Assembly: GCA_043228905.1 (NCBI GenBank)
Contig: JBHGNT010000021.1
Location: 3,162,001-3,226,000, forward strand
Origin: Azolla caroliniana
Lineage: Eukaryota; Plantae; Polypodiophyta
Direction of reading: 5' to 3'
Length of the DNA stretch: 64,000 nt
The stretch's first letter is position 1. The number at the start of each line of letters is the position of its first letter. Below the pieces are notes generated by a model. The model did not search any database. It was not told where the DNA came from and saw only the letters and a program-made list of their open reading frames with translations. The translations under genes were made by a program, and so were the position numbers. Positions 10,577 to 23,212 of this stretch are shown here, in pieces.

Positions 10577-13416
10577 GGAGAAGTCTCACAAATATACAAA
10601 AGGGCATTTTGGGGATTTGTTTTGAAAATACACTGAAGGGCATTTGTGGAATTTGTTGAAAATACACTGTAAGGGCAATTTCGAGCAATTTGTTGAAACC
10701 AAATGCTCGTCAGTCAGTCAGCGATGGCGATTTCTTAGTTTTTAAGAAGCTTTCCCTCACCTCCTCTTCTTCCTGCATTTTTCCCATTTCTTCATATCTT
10801 TCTTTCGTTCTTCGCCTTCTTCGCAACAAGTGAACTGGCGGTGGAGCTCTGTCATCGAATCTTCACAGTCACACATACAGATCTTCCTGAAGGACAGAAC
10901 AAAACCAAAACCAAACAGGTATTTACAACTGTCTTATCTTCCTCCGCCTCCATTTTCTTCTTCTTCTTCTTCGTTTTTCTTTACTGCTCTTCATGCGGAG
11001 AAATTGCGATCAGAACTTCTTGCGTTTCTGAGATTCCTGGTACGAAAATCACTCTTTTTTCCGTCAAGCTGCAGAAGACAAAAAGAAGCTTTGTTCCGGA
11101 ATTGTGCTTTGCATTTTGATTTAGAGGTTGTGCTTCATAGAATAATAATAAAAATTCTGGAATTTAGATGGTTATGTGATTTTGTAATCGTTGTTTTACA
11201 TATGGTTTTGAATCCCTCTTTGATTGCATATGGTTTAGAGATGCATTTTAGAGAATTATTGGTTTATCTATGTTTTGGTATCAATGCTTTATATATGCTC
11301 TAGAATTGTGCTTCATATAATGTTGATCAAAATCACGCTTTACAGGGTTATATAGGTAACTGTGCCTCTTTTAGATGGTTTCAATATGTCTTCTCTTGTG
11401 TAAATGAAAAGATTTCTGCTTCACGTATATCGAGGTATTAAAATGCAAGATCTCCTATGCTGCTTCAGAAGCTACATTTGCATGTTAAGAAACTCTGGTG
11501 TGGTTTATGATTCTTTTTAGTTTAGATCTCATGTTGAATCATGGGGTTATATATAGATAGATTCATAAGTGCATTACAAATATTTTTGATGTGTTTTCTT
11601 GCATATTTAGGTTTTAAATCCAGGGTTTCTCATCATAGCAAGAAAAGGCTTTATTTCCATGTTCATTTTAGAATTTATATTGAATCGTGGCATAGATGTA
11701 ATTGAAAAATGCTCTCGCAGAGTTATGGTATAGGTCTTAAATCCAAGACTTCTTGTTAGGAGTTACATTTCCATGTTAAGGTTCAGTAGTATTTTAAGGC
11801 TTTTTTGAGGAGAAGAGTTACCATGCTCCATTTGATGAGTTACCAGTTTTATAATGTTTGTGAGGAGAAAAGCTAGATTGCATGTCGAAAAGGATTAGTG
11901 GTTCTGTAAGATTCTTTTCGAGGAAAGTTACATTGCACATTGAATGTGAGTGATAAGGTAAATTTGTTTTTCAAGAAGAAGAGGTAATACATTTATTTCA
12001 TGATTACTGGACTTATTCGGCGCTAAAGGAGAAAAGCTTCTACATTGGATAATAATGATTATTTTCTTTTGTAGGAGAAAATGTACAAGATTCCTTGTTT
12101 TGGATTATTACCCTTTTAAGTCTCTTCTTCTATTCCATCAAGATCCACTTTAAGTTGTGCTTTGCAGATGGTTCATCTATATGTATGTGTTTCTTCCATT
12201 AAAATGCTTTGTCTGGATTGTTTATTTGTATGCAGGTCAAAGTAAGGGAATCAGGAATACTGTCCTTGAGTAGTTATTTTCTATTAGAATCCTCATAGGG
12301 ATAGACTGGGTTATTTTTTCAATAAAGAACTGCATGAAGCTTTCCTGTACTTGTCGTGAACCAACATTTAGTATTCCTTGCAAATGTGGTTTTAATGAGG
12401 AATGTAATGAAGGCCTTACAGATGCTTTGATTAAGGATGGTTGACATATGCTTGTTTTGTTAGCATGCCTCTGTGTGTAATGCTTGTTTTTGTTGATGTA
12501 TATTAGTTGTGTATGTGGATGAAATCATCAGAAGCCGGTACAAAAGGATCAAGGTAGCTTTCTTGATCAGTCAAATTAAAATATCAGATAGCATTTCAAT
12601 CTACCTATATCAAGTTCGGTTATTGATAATATTGAAACTGTTATATTTATACCTTTGCCACTGCATAAACTGTAGTTCTATCCACATTTGTGAATGTAGA
12701 ATATTTCAGTCTGCCTGTAAACTTTTACGGATAGCTCACAAATGTTTAATGGTAATATTCAAGATGCCCTGCTGACAGTTCACAGCATGGGAATTTGAAA
12801 GTGCACCAATGTCTTAATCCATGGAAGTTCTGGATATGCCCCTGTGTTTAAGTAGCAGTATTCAAATCTGTACCTTTTCGTTAATACCTTTCCTTGCATA
12901 ATATTAATATACTTATTATGCATATAAATAATTTAGTCTACCTTTTAAAGAGCAATATGCTTTTTTCAATGAGAGAACTGTAAAGATGGAAGAACTGTAA
13001 AAACCATTTGCTGTATTGAAATTGTCTGATTCTTCCACATATCCTTTCTACATGCACATACTATGCATATACAATGTACAACATTTCATTTTGGATACTA
13101 AATGTAGTTAATGAAGATCAGTGTTGAAAGTAGTTATTTAATACAGCTCCCTTGCATTAATTTATATATCTGTATACACATGCATATAAATGTAGATGTG
13201 TATATATACATATGCCTAGGTTAATGTGTATATCCTAACTGCTATAACAAAGATGCCCTATTCTAAAGCTTGACATTTTGTGAACTCTCTTGAATCTTCA
13301 TTGGAATTGTAATATGAGTTCTCATGCCTCAAATGACAACAAATTTCCATATTAATCCTTTTTCTTTTGTTAATTAGAGTAATAATTTCTATAACCGGAA
13401 CTTTTGTAGGTGAATC

Positions 13417-13806
13417 ATGGCATTGGAATGGGTTTTACTAACTTATGCTGTTGGGGCCGAAGTTATCCTTTTGTTAATCATAACCATGCCTGGTTTGCAA
13501 CGTTTGCGTAAAGGAGTTATTGCTGTTGCTAGGAGTTTCTTGCAGCCGCTGATGGCAATCATTCCTTTCTGCCTTTATCTTCTTATGGATATTTATTGGA
13601 AGTTTGAGCATATGCCGAAATGTATTGGACCAGAATGCACCTTGGTGGATCAAACAAGACATGCTAAGTCTATGATGAAAACACAACGCAATGCTGTCCT
13701 CGTTCTTTCCGCTGTCATTCTCTATTGGTTGCTCTACTGCACAACACACATGTTGGTTCAGATCGACAAGCTTGGTCAACAAGTGAAGCAGTTAAAGCAA
13801 GCTTAA
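13417..13806 (+). CDS. Short B-cell receptor-associated protein 31 (BAP29/BAP31)-like ER membrane protein
   Basis: 129 aa with three hydrophobic segments: MALEWVLLTYAVGAE...PFCLYLLMDIYWKFE...KSMMKTQRNAVL, plus a short C-terminal coiled coil. Acceptor ttttgtag immediately before the ATG. A probable 5'UTR donor CAG|gtattt near 10918 gives a ~2.5 kb leader intron. Confidence 0.9.
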   Translation: MALEWVLLTYAVGAEVILLLIITMPGLQRLRKGVIAVARSFLQPLMAIIPFCLYLLMDIYWKFEHMPKCIGPECTLVDQTRHAKSMMKTQRNAVLVLSAVILYWLLYCTTHMLVQIDKLGQQVKQLKQA

Positions 13807-15393
13807 CAAAACAGATTCATGAGAATGAAATCATTTTGTGTGTATATGTTTTGTAGGCTAAATATTAGCAATACTCGAGTGTTTTTTACATTATTTTACA
13901 TAGTGCATGCATAAGTTCCTTTGGGTAAATATAGTAGATAGACACATTCCATATGGCACATAGTGCATACGTAAAACCTTCAAATGACATTCCATAGGGC
14001 AAAATGACTGAAATTTTCTTTTATTGATGTAAAACCTTCAAATCAAGCAGTTATTCTGGGCTTGGAATCTAAAAGTTGTCAATCCCCTTATGTACTTTTA
14101 CATAGCAAATTAAATATCGATGTTTGGAACCATTGTCTTTAGAAATAAATCCTTCATAAGTTAAAAATCCTCAGTTCTGACGGATGGAGTTCTGTACATC
14201 TTTCTATATTTCAAAAAAGAGTTGGTGTAGAGGGAAGTCGTTATATATCTTTGTTTACTTATTTCAAATTCATTTGCTTTTCCTTGGCAAATCTTGATTT
14301 TATATTATAATTGTAACAGCATTGCTGTACAATTTTGAAAGTCTACATGATAGTTTCATCGCAAAAATGTATGCCAATTGGGTCTTGGTTTTGGAATACC
14401 AAAAAGAAATGTCTACCAGAACAGTAGGGATTCAAGATGTCCATGATACTAACATACATTGCTCACATCAGAGTTTATCCAGGTTTTTGCATTGCTCAAT
14501 ACAGTTGAACATTAGTGGAGAGTATAGTCAGGGCTTGAATATTAGTAGAGCGTGTAAACTGTCTTAACTACTGCTGTGAAGTGGTGATCAGGTTATACAT
14601 CATGTCAACATATATCTTTGATCCCATTCAAAATTTGCCCTACAGTATTTTCACCCCATCTTCAAACTCATTCCGAGTATATGCCATCCACATTTTTTCA
14701 GTATTATGCCTCTAATTATGTAAAATACTTCAAGAACCGTCATAGCCTAGGATATAAAGTTTAATTTAGCAAAACAAAACATATCACTAGTGGCCAAAGT
14801 TGAAATTCCTAACATTCTGGTGCTATAGTCAATGGGAAACCTCAGACCTAGAATGGCATCCTGATACTGCATACATTCTTCATGCTAATTACATGTAGAA
14901 CTCCCACACGAGATGACAGCCATGCATGTTCTTTTGGGAGATCTGTCTACACCAGTAGACAAAGAGGACAGTTTGAAGCTAGTCTACAGTTCAGTTCAAT
15001 TTTGGTATTTAAGAGAATTATTTCCATTTGAAGAATTGGTAAAATCTAGAAAATCTATTCTTAAGCAAAATCTAGAACTTTTTGACACAGTGACGACTTT
15101 TTAAATTGAGTGAAATGATGATACTCGATAACTAACACTTGTGATGATTTTTTATATTGCAATGAAAACTATATATCAATTAACAAGAAGAAATGTGAAC
15201 ACCATTGGATACATCCGAGAATATATTTTGAGGACCAAAAATTTAGTACACGCACATAGTCAAGAGTAGAGTGATGCATTCATTGATCTGATTCAAAAAC
15301 GAAGTGTAAGAGGATTAAGAGTTGAGGAACTGTCATTATAAAGAAGTCCAGGACACCTTAACAACCTTACAACACCATGAATAAATTGATTTC

Positions 15394-18300
15394 TTATACA
15401 AATGCACAATCTTGTGTCAAGTTGCACAAAGCCCGCATTGTGCTACTTGCCACATCCAATAATTGGAGATATTCATCTGCACCATCAATTAGGCACTGCA
15501 TATAATTCATCCCAAAACAATTAATAAATATAAAACCCACCATAATACACTATAGACTAGAATAACGAATCTTTACTTTAAATCCCTAAACAGAACAAGA
15601 GAAAATTTGGTACCTTATCTGCTTGAGCTAATCTCTCACATATGCGGGCCTTCTGTTCATCAGTAATACCATCGCCAAGTAAAATGAAGTCATACAGCTG
15701 TGTACACAATTAAAAATACAAGATTAGCTTGGAAGTTATCTGGAAAGAGTAAAGCAAAAAATGGCCGAAACCATTACAGTTACAGATAGATGTTTTCCAT
15801 TTCTATAAATGCAATAACACAATCTGATGAAATAAACTTCTTTTCGTAATCCATGGATTCCAGTTGTTTGATAAGATAGGCATGTTTCATTGAAAGAAAT
15901 ACTGAAAATCAGATGCACTCTACTTATTGAAGGACTAATTTTCAGATTAGAATGTAATCCCCCTTAAGGTCGGATACAAGCATAGCAGTAGCTACAAAAA
16001 GCAAGAGTCTCTAGTAGATATATACTCATATTCCACTCAGGAAGTTATCTGGGAAGCGTAAGGCGAAAAATGGCCTGAACCAAGAGATATATTAAAATGG
16101 TGCAAAGTTACCTGTGCTGTTTTCAACCATCAGACCTTTTTACAAGTAAGCACGCAAGAGGTTCAAACCCACAGAAAGCAGCAAAATAATTCTGATGAAA
16201 TCATTCCCATTTCTAATGTTTAATAAGTTAGGCCTGTTTCACTGAAAGAAATACTGAAAAGCAGATACACTCTCCTGATTGAAGGACTAATTTTCTGCTT
16301 AGAGTGTAATTTTCCCCTTGTGGGCAGATACAAGCATAGCACTAGCTACGAAAAGTAAGAGTCTCTAGTAGATATATACTCATATTCCACTGAGGATTGG
16401 AAATATGGCATTGTAGATTGTGCAACCATCAAGTAATCCATATTTATAAAGTGGAAAATGATATAGCAAATTCATTCGTGATGCACCAAAACGTAATGTT
16501 AACATGTAAACATTCAATCACCTGTGATAAAATCTGTGACACTGGAAATCCTTCATCTATGATGTCAGACACAACCTTCTGAGCCTGATCAAAAAAGCCT
16601 GATTTGCAGGCTTGAAGCAGGGAAGAGATAACATTATCTGAAACGACCTGTTACATTAAATAAAGAAATAAATCTCCAACACATGTACTTGTTCATCTAG
16701 AGAACATCAGGTGCCTTACCCCAGAAACTTTGATCAAATTTTCATGTGAAATAGTCGATCCATATAAACGTGCTGCACTCTGTAGTGAATTAGATCAGAG
16801 AATTCATCTTCTCAACAAAATGGCAGGCTATGGCAACCTTTTCATGGTACAATTAAATAACGAATAAGCAGACCCTTACATAGGATCATTTCACCAAAAA
16901 AATGAGATTTGAATTCGTTCATAACATGAGTTGTTGAACAAACCTGTAGGCACGTGATTGCACGACGCATGTCACCCTCTGACACACGATTTAAAGTTGC
17001 AATGGCCTGTGACAGGAAATTTCAGCTATCAATACCCTTATGAGAAAAATTGATGAAACCTAGGATTACCAAAAAAACAAAGGTTAACATTTTAACTAAG
17101 TAATCAATGAACTAGTATGAACTTTGTTTTTCAGTAACCCTGTAAATGCTATTAGCTTCTTAGAAATTTAACACAAAACCGCAAGTATTAAGTTTAGTTT
17201 TATAGAATTTTAAGAGTATGGCATGTCTCATAGTTCACGATATATCACAAAAGCTGTCACACTGAGCAGAGCTGGTAGGTATCCACCCCCAAATGAAGAT
17301 TATCATGATGTGATCACAATATGAAAATGTACATACCTCTGAGTCAAGCAAAAGACCTTCCTCTTGACAGATGTATTGTATGCGGTTACTCAATATGTTG
17401 TTCAGAAGAGGTTTAAATCGAAACTTTGCACATCTTGATGCTAGGGGTTCAATTATCCTGCAAAATTAATAGATGAACAGCCATTAACCCTTGAATCGTA
17501 AGCACAAATCAATTTTATATATGCACTATATTTTAGAAAACATGTAAAATAACATCATAGATACATAACTAAAGTTATTGGAGATATTTCAGCTACCTGC
17601 TCACATAATTGCAAATAAAGCAAAAGCGTGTAACCCTAGAGTATGTTTCCATCGTTCGCCGCAATGCATTCTGCAGAGTTCAGAGGAAAAAATTCGGAGG
17701 TGAATGACTGGATAGAAAATTATAAGGCACTTACAAGTGGAATTTGATGATCACCTGAGCATCTTCCGTCATAGAATCCGCCTCGTCCAAGATAATTATT
17801 TTGAATGGAGGGCATGGATAACCACTGAGGGTTCATCCAGTATTACGTTAAGGGTAGTAATATGGACGTATTGAAGAGAACCATATGAAGGAAAAACAAT
17901 CACATACCTTACACCAGATCCGACTGCAACTGCTGCAAAATCCTTGATTTTAGTCCTCACAACATTGATACCCCTATCGTCGCTAGCATTAAGCTCTAGA
18001 ACCCTAGTTTTGTACAATTCGGGCCTGCCATCATGGACAAGAGATTTAGGGTGTAAAACCCTAAATTTATACAGTTCATGCACAATATCATTATGTTCTA
18101 AAATCCAAGAGTTCTACAGTTCACGCCTTGAAACGGCCACCAATTGGTGGACTGTAATTTTGTGTGGGTGTGAAGGTCAGAGGGATTTCAATTCTATTAT
18201 ATAGATAGATGTGAGGGTGTAGAGTCTTAACACATGTACAGTTGTGAAGGCCTGAGTGGATGCATGCATTGTAATCTGTGATGTGATTCCCCCAAGCATC

Positions 18301-18858
18301 TAAGAGTTCCTTCCGATCAATGTCTTGTGATGAGATTTAAGTGAAACAAGTGTCAACACAGCCAATCAGAATAAGGTGATCATATGTGGGAAGGAAAAGA
18401 CAAAGCTTACCCGAACAACTGATGAGAAATAGCTAAGGCTGTTGTTGTCTTTCCAGTACCAGGAGGCCCATAGAATAGCAGATGGGGAAGCTGCACTCAA
18501 CCACATTAATACGAAAAACAAGTGATATATGTTCTTGTGATTCTAAGGTAAATCAAGAAAAACGTTTTTTTCATTCAAAAAAGAAGAAGAAGATTTTTTC
18601 AGATTTTGAAGAAAAACAGAAGAAAATTCTTCTCATTCTAAAGAAACTATAAGAAAAACTTAATTTGATTTGAAAGAAAGTTAATAAAAAAATGCTTATT
18701 CTATATTGAACGGAATACATGAAGAACCGTCTGATTGAAATGGAAAGACAAAAAAAATATTTGATCTTAATGGAAACATAATAAAACGATTATAATTTGA
18801 AAAGAAATACAATTAAAGTATCTATATTTTAAATGAAAGACAAGAAAAACAAATCTGA

Positions 18859-18905
<47 letters not shown>

Positions 18906-19165
18906 AGAGTGAAGAACTTACATTTCCAGTCTCCAGGGCATTTGTAAGGGTTAGCACAACTTCCTCCTGATGAACCACATCTTTCACTTTCTTTGGCCGA
19001 CTGCATAAATATATATATATACATATATATGGAGTGAGAAAACGCCTCAAAGAAAAAAAACACCGCGGGAAGAAAGAAGACCACAAAGAGAGAGAGAGAG
19101 AGAGAGAGTGGAGACACTTACTACTTCTCAACCCATTGCTGGCCAGCGTGCGGAACAGGGGCCAT
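15394..19165 (-). CDS. RFC4: Replication factor C small subunit (plant/human RFC4, yeast Rfc2 group), ~12 exons
   Basis: Spliced translation [15 protein letters not shown]|[15 protein letters not shown]...|[16 protein letters not shown] (Walker A)...[21 protein letters not shown]...[14 protein letters not shown]|[11 protein letters not shown]...|[17 protein letters not shown]...[12 protein letters not shown]...|[15 protein letters not shown]...stop at 15394-15396. Approximate exons: 19122-19165, 18922-19000, 18411-18490, 17908-18024, 17755-17826, 17597-17670, 17337-17457, 16943-17007, 16721-16779, 16521-16646, 15614-15696, 15394-15495, with GT-AG junctions. Confidence 0.95.
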
Positions 19166-19211
19166 TGTTGCCACACTCTTTATCTCCTCGCTTTCCTCTG
19201 CGTGTGTGTTA

Positions 19212-19292
19212 TTTAGGGTTTCGCCATAGCTCGGCTTCCCTCCAAAACGTTTACGAAAATCAGCTCATTACAAAGCACCAAGTTCCGGGAAA
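19212..19292 (-). promoter_or_regulatory. Telo-box and E2F-like site upstream of RFC4
   Basis: AAACCCTAAA at 19212-19221 and TTTCCCGG (plant E2F consensus WTTSSCSS) at 19285-19292, both on the - strand, within 130 bp of the ATG of a DNA replication gene. Confidence 0.55.
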
Positions 19293-19394
19293 ATGAAAAA
19301 GACATCTCTCTCTCTCTCTCTCTCTCAACAAAACAGACAAAATGAAGCAAGTTTCTATAAGATCAATAAATATTTACATACTACTAAATATTAC

Positions 19395-19960
19395 TACTAC
19401 TACTACTAGAAGTAGTGTATGTGTGCTACTAGTATTGGTGTTGTACACGTGCGTATTTGAGTGCAGGGGCCAAGTGAAGTGATGCCTATTCTGTATGATT
19501 CAGTGATGCCTGTATTGTACGATTCAATGATGCCTGAGGAGACTTGTCCACGTATCTGAGTGTAGGGGCCAAGTGAAGTGATGCTTGTATTCTGTACGAT
19601 TCAGTGATGACTGTATTGAACGATTCAATGATGCCTGAGTAGATACACGGTTCGGCATTGAGCCTCCGATTATGGCCACAGCTAACGCGTCCAAATAACG
19701 TGGTCCTGCCCTTCCTCCCCCCCTTGTCGGGAATGACTTTTCATGTTTCTTGGATACCATGCTCTCCTCAGTTTGTACAATGAGCGTGGGTAAGTCTCCC
19801 GATTGCCGTTGTAACCAAGTATTTCGTATTGTAGCATTGAAAGCCAACCCATGTTTTGATCCTCGCCCATGGGCTCGAACCCCATCCCATATCTTGCAAA
19901 TCAGTCTCTCACGAACGTTAACATTATATCTATCTATCTACATTGGTGCGCTAGCTCCCT
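19395..19960 (-). mobile_element. Possible tRNA-derived SINE with internal ~105-bp tandem duplication
   Basis: Minus strand has the B-box-like GGTTCGAGCC at ~19873-19882, a weak A-box-like segment near 19950 and a (TAG)n tail near 19395-19410. Two ~105-bp units lie at ~19447-19640. Confidence 0.4.
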
Positions 19961-21154
19961 CCCTCTTATGGCTCCTTGCTTTTCCAAAATTCTTTAATGG
20001 CATATATGTTCCTCCTTGCATTTGATGTCATCCTAATGGTCAACCTTTCCTCCAATTGTAGTGAGCCAAGTAAATATAGCAACCAAGGTTGGGCAGTTAC
20101 ACAACTACAATAGGTTCATTGTTGCAACATAAGCACAAGGAAAAATGAATCATACCGTTTAAAATGAATTGGCCCCTTAGGTGCTAGGAAAAACAATGAT
20201 CTAGTGGGTGACATGGAGTTAGCTTCTTAATACAAAGCACAATTGAGGGTGATTGTGAGGGAATGCTCACATATAAAGTTCTGAACTAAAGTTATGTTAG
20301 AATCAAATGTATAACATAGTGTCACTCTCTCTCTCTACTCTTAGAAAATTAGGAAACCTATGCACTACTACTAATTTTATGTGGTTTTCTCAAACTTTGT
20401 TGCAAATGCATTCTATTTCTTTTTACCCATGGGTGATGGGACGAGGTCATGATTCCATCTACACCCTCCTATTGCACTTCATTGCTAACTCTAGCTCTCG
20501 ACTATGATAATTGTCCATCCTGTATACAAGTGACTTATTTACTATAAGACGTTATCATGTCCTATGGATGACCACCAACAATGTTATGATTGGTTATTTT
20601 CTTTTGATCTATTAAAAGACACAAAATCTAATTTAGAAGCACCTCAGTTTTTGCCCTATAATTAACTCACACAAAATGATGAGATACTAATGATATCCAT
20701 AACGTGAGAAGTTCACTTACATTCCCTTTATTAGATGCCTATTTCGTAATGATTTCTAACACAATTTCATCATGTAGGTGACTTACACTATAACATAGAT
20801 TCCATGTTTGTATATGCCATATGGTATAGATAGTTTGTATAACTTTATTTTCGTTCTTTCTTGGGTGTACAACAAAATGATTCATTGAGTGAGGTTGAAG
20901 TGCATCAAAATTTCCTATTGACCTAAGGTGAAAAAAGGCTTAAAGTTTCTATTTGATATCTTTCCTCTCCCACATCCCAATGCAAGAAGTCCATCTCTTT
21001 CGGAGCGGTATTTTTTTGCTTGAAATTTGCAAGGTTTTGTACATGTTTCATGTGTGATTTCCTTTTACACTCACAATATTACAAATAATGATCCTCTAGA
21101 AAGAAAAAACATGGCTTAATGTTTTGTTTTAAATGGCAGATAAACCCCTAAAAT

Positions 21155-21772
21155 ATGCAGGTGCAAAATGATAACAATAAGAAGGTTGGCATAGTTGTGG
21201 ATTTTAGCAAAGAGAGTATATGTGCAGTGAAATGGGCGGTTTCACACTATCTTCGACCACATGACGTTGTGTTCCTAATCAATGTACAACCCACACATAC
21301 CTTGTATGGAGCTGATTGGGGCGACAAATCAATGAATGATGCAAAAAAGAACAAAAAATTAATTAGAAGAAAATTCAAATTCACCAAAACTCAAAAAGAC
21401 TTGAATGTGAGCAAGGGTCTAGAGAAGGGCCAAACCCTTGCTCACATCCTCAAATCATCACAAAGAGGACAACAACTTATCAAGCCTCTTGAGAAGGCCA
21501 AGATCCATTACACCCTCCACATCGTCAAGGATCACGACCTGAAGGAACGTATTTGCTTGGAGGCCAAGCGTCTCAAGGTGGACACTTTAATAATTGGAAG
21601 TACACGATCAAGTATTCAAGATCATAGTTCCTCTTCCTTGTCCCTCTCTTCTATAGTTAATTATTGTGTCCATCATTGTGATTGCCCTGTCCTTGTAATT
21701 CAATGCCAAAATGATGGAACACTTGAGAAGGATACACTACCTACACCATTGTATGTGGAAAGCAAGTTATGA
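21155..21772 (+). CDS. Universal stress protein A-like (PHOS32/34-type), single exon
   Basis: KKVGIVVDFSKESICAVKWAVSHYLRPHD...LYGADWG...IHYTLHIVKDHDLKERICLEAKRLKVDTLIIGS...YCVHHCDCPVLVI matches plant USP proteins. Confidence 0.88.
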   Translation: MQVQNDNNKKVGIVVDFSKESICAVKWAVSHYLRPHDVVFLINVQPTHTLYGADWGDKSMNDAKKNKKLIRRKFKFTKTQKDLNVSKGLEKGQTLAHILKSSQRGQQLIKPLEKAKIHYTLHIVKDHDLKERICLEAKRLKVDTLIIGSTRSSIQDHSSSSLSLSSIVNYCVHHCDCPVLVIQCQNDGTLEKDTLPTPLYVESKL

Positions 21773-22122
21773 TGATTGTGAACAATGAAATGCATGGAAG
21801 ATATACATTTACCTTCTGAAGATTATATATATATATATTTTGTATTGTATAAAATACGAATTAAGTATTTATTGATGTTGTAACTATAATGGAAGATCAC
21901 ATTGGCACAATCCTAGACTTGTAATAGGGGCATTAATGGTGATCTAATATGAACGGCAAACAATAAGATATTGGAATTTTGATCTCAATGCACCCCTTAG
22001 AGTGAGGCTAATAACTATTGTAAGTAGAACCGAAACCAATCAATGACTAATTATCTCTTTTGTCTTAGTGACCTTGCTCATACATTAGGAATCAATGAAT
22101 AACTTGCCTAAATTGCATCTAT

Positions 22123-22350
22123 GATGAAAGAAAGGGGTTAGTAAGAGGTCCACCCATTAGCCTAGTTTGTCTTGGAGACAACAACCAAGTAAAGTTTTAC
22201 ATGATTCAATTTACATTCAATGAGTCAGTGTATGGTGAAAGAAAGGGGTTAGTAAGAGGTCCACCCATTAGCTTAGTTTATGTCTTGGAGACACAACAAC
22301 CAAGTAAAGTCTTACATGATTCAATTTACATTCAATGAGTTAGTGTATGT
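22123..22350 (+). repeat. Local tandem duplication, 2 x ~112 bp
   Basis: TGAAAGAAAGGGGTTAGTAAGAGGTCCACCCATTAGC...CATTCAATGAGT(C/T)AGTGTATG occurs twice in succession. Confidence 0.85.
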
Positions 22351-23212
22351 TTCATATCGTGGTAGTGAGACTAGGCCTATCCAATGAAGGGGATTTTATA
22401 ACACAATTTTGTTGTACTCATTTGATTTACTCTAACCATATTAAGAGCAATAAATCAACCAATATGCATGGGCTTAGTTGAGAACATTATCCTAGCATTT
22501 GGTTGAGTCTTCGAATCCACACACAAATGGGATTCCAAATAATACAAGAGTGTGGCTCGCAAACTACTTTTTTCTCAACTGCATTGCATCACACTCAATA
22601 TAATAATCAAGCATGCTAAATGCAAACACAATGACATCCATTCTGAGATTAGAAACTTGTGCGACATAGATAGAGTTAACAATTTAATGCATTTTTTTAA
22701 ACTGAGAAGCTATTGAACGCTAAATAATAGGTGGGATGTACAGTTCCATCATGTAGTTTAATTTGTATGGGGTGTCGATAAATTGCTATTTTTTGGTGAC
22801 CTACCTATTCATTCACATTAAAGGTTAATATATATGGTGATATATCAATTGTAGCCAACTGTGATCAAGAGCAGAGGACATAACAAGTTGTTGCCTTATC
22901 TATCCTCGCCGCTTTTCAATTAGCAAATTCATTATCCAATCATTTCACACATGTTTTAAAAATAAAGTTCTGCATCACAAATTCTTTCATAAACTTGGAG
23001 CCTTAAAATGTAGGTGAAAAGACATGATCCAAATACAGCTGTGATGCTTAAACATGGTGATAAAGGCATAGTGATTGTCTGTCTTAACATATCAATAAAT
23101 TTATTTGCAAAAAAATTAGACAATCAAACCAAGGTTTTGCTTGGTTATGTACAAACGGATGGAGGGGATTAAAAATGAAACCTATTGACAAATTGCTCAT
23201 TTTGCAAGTATC

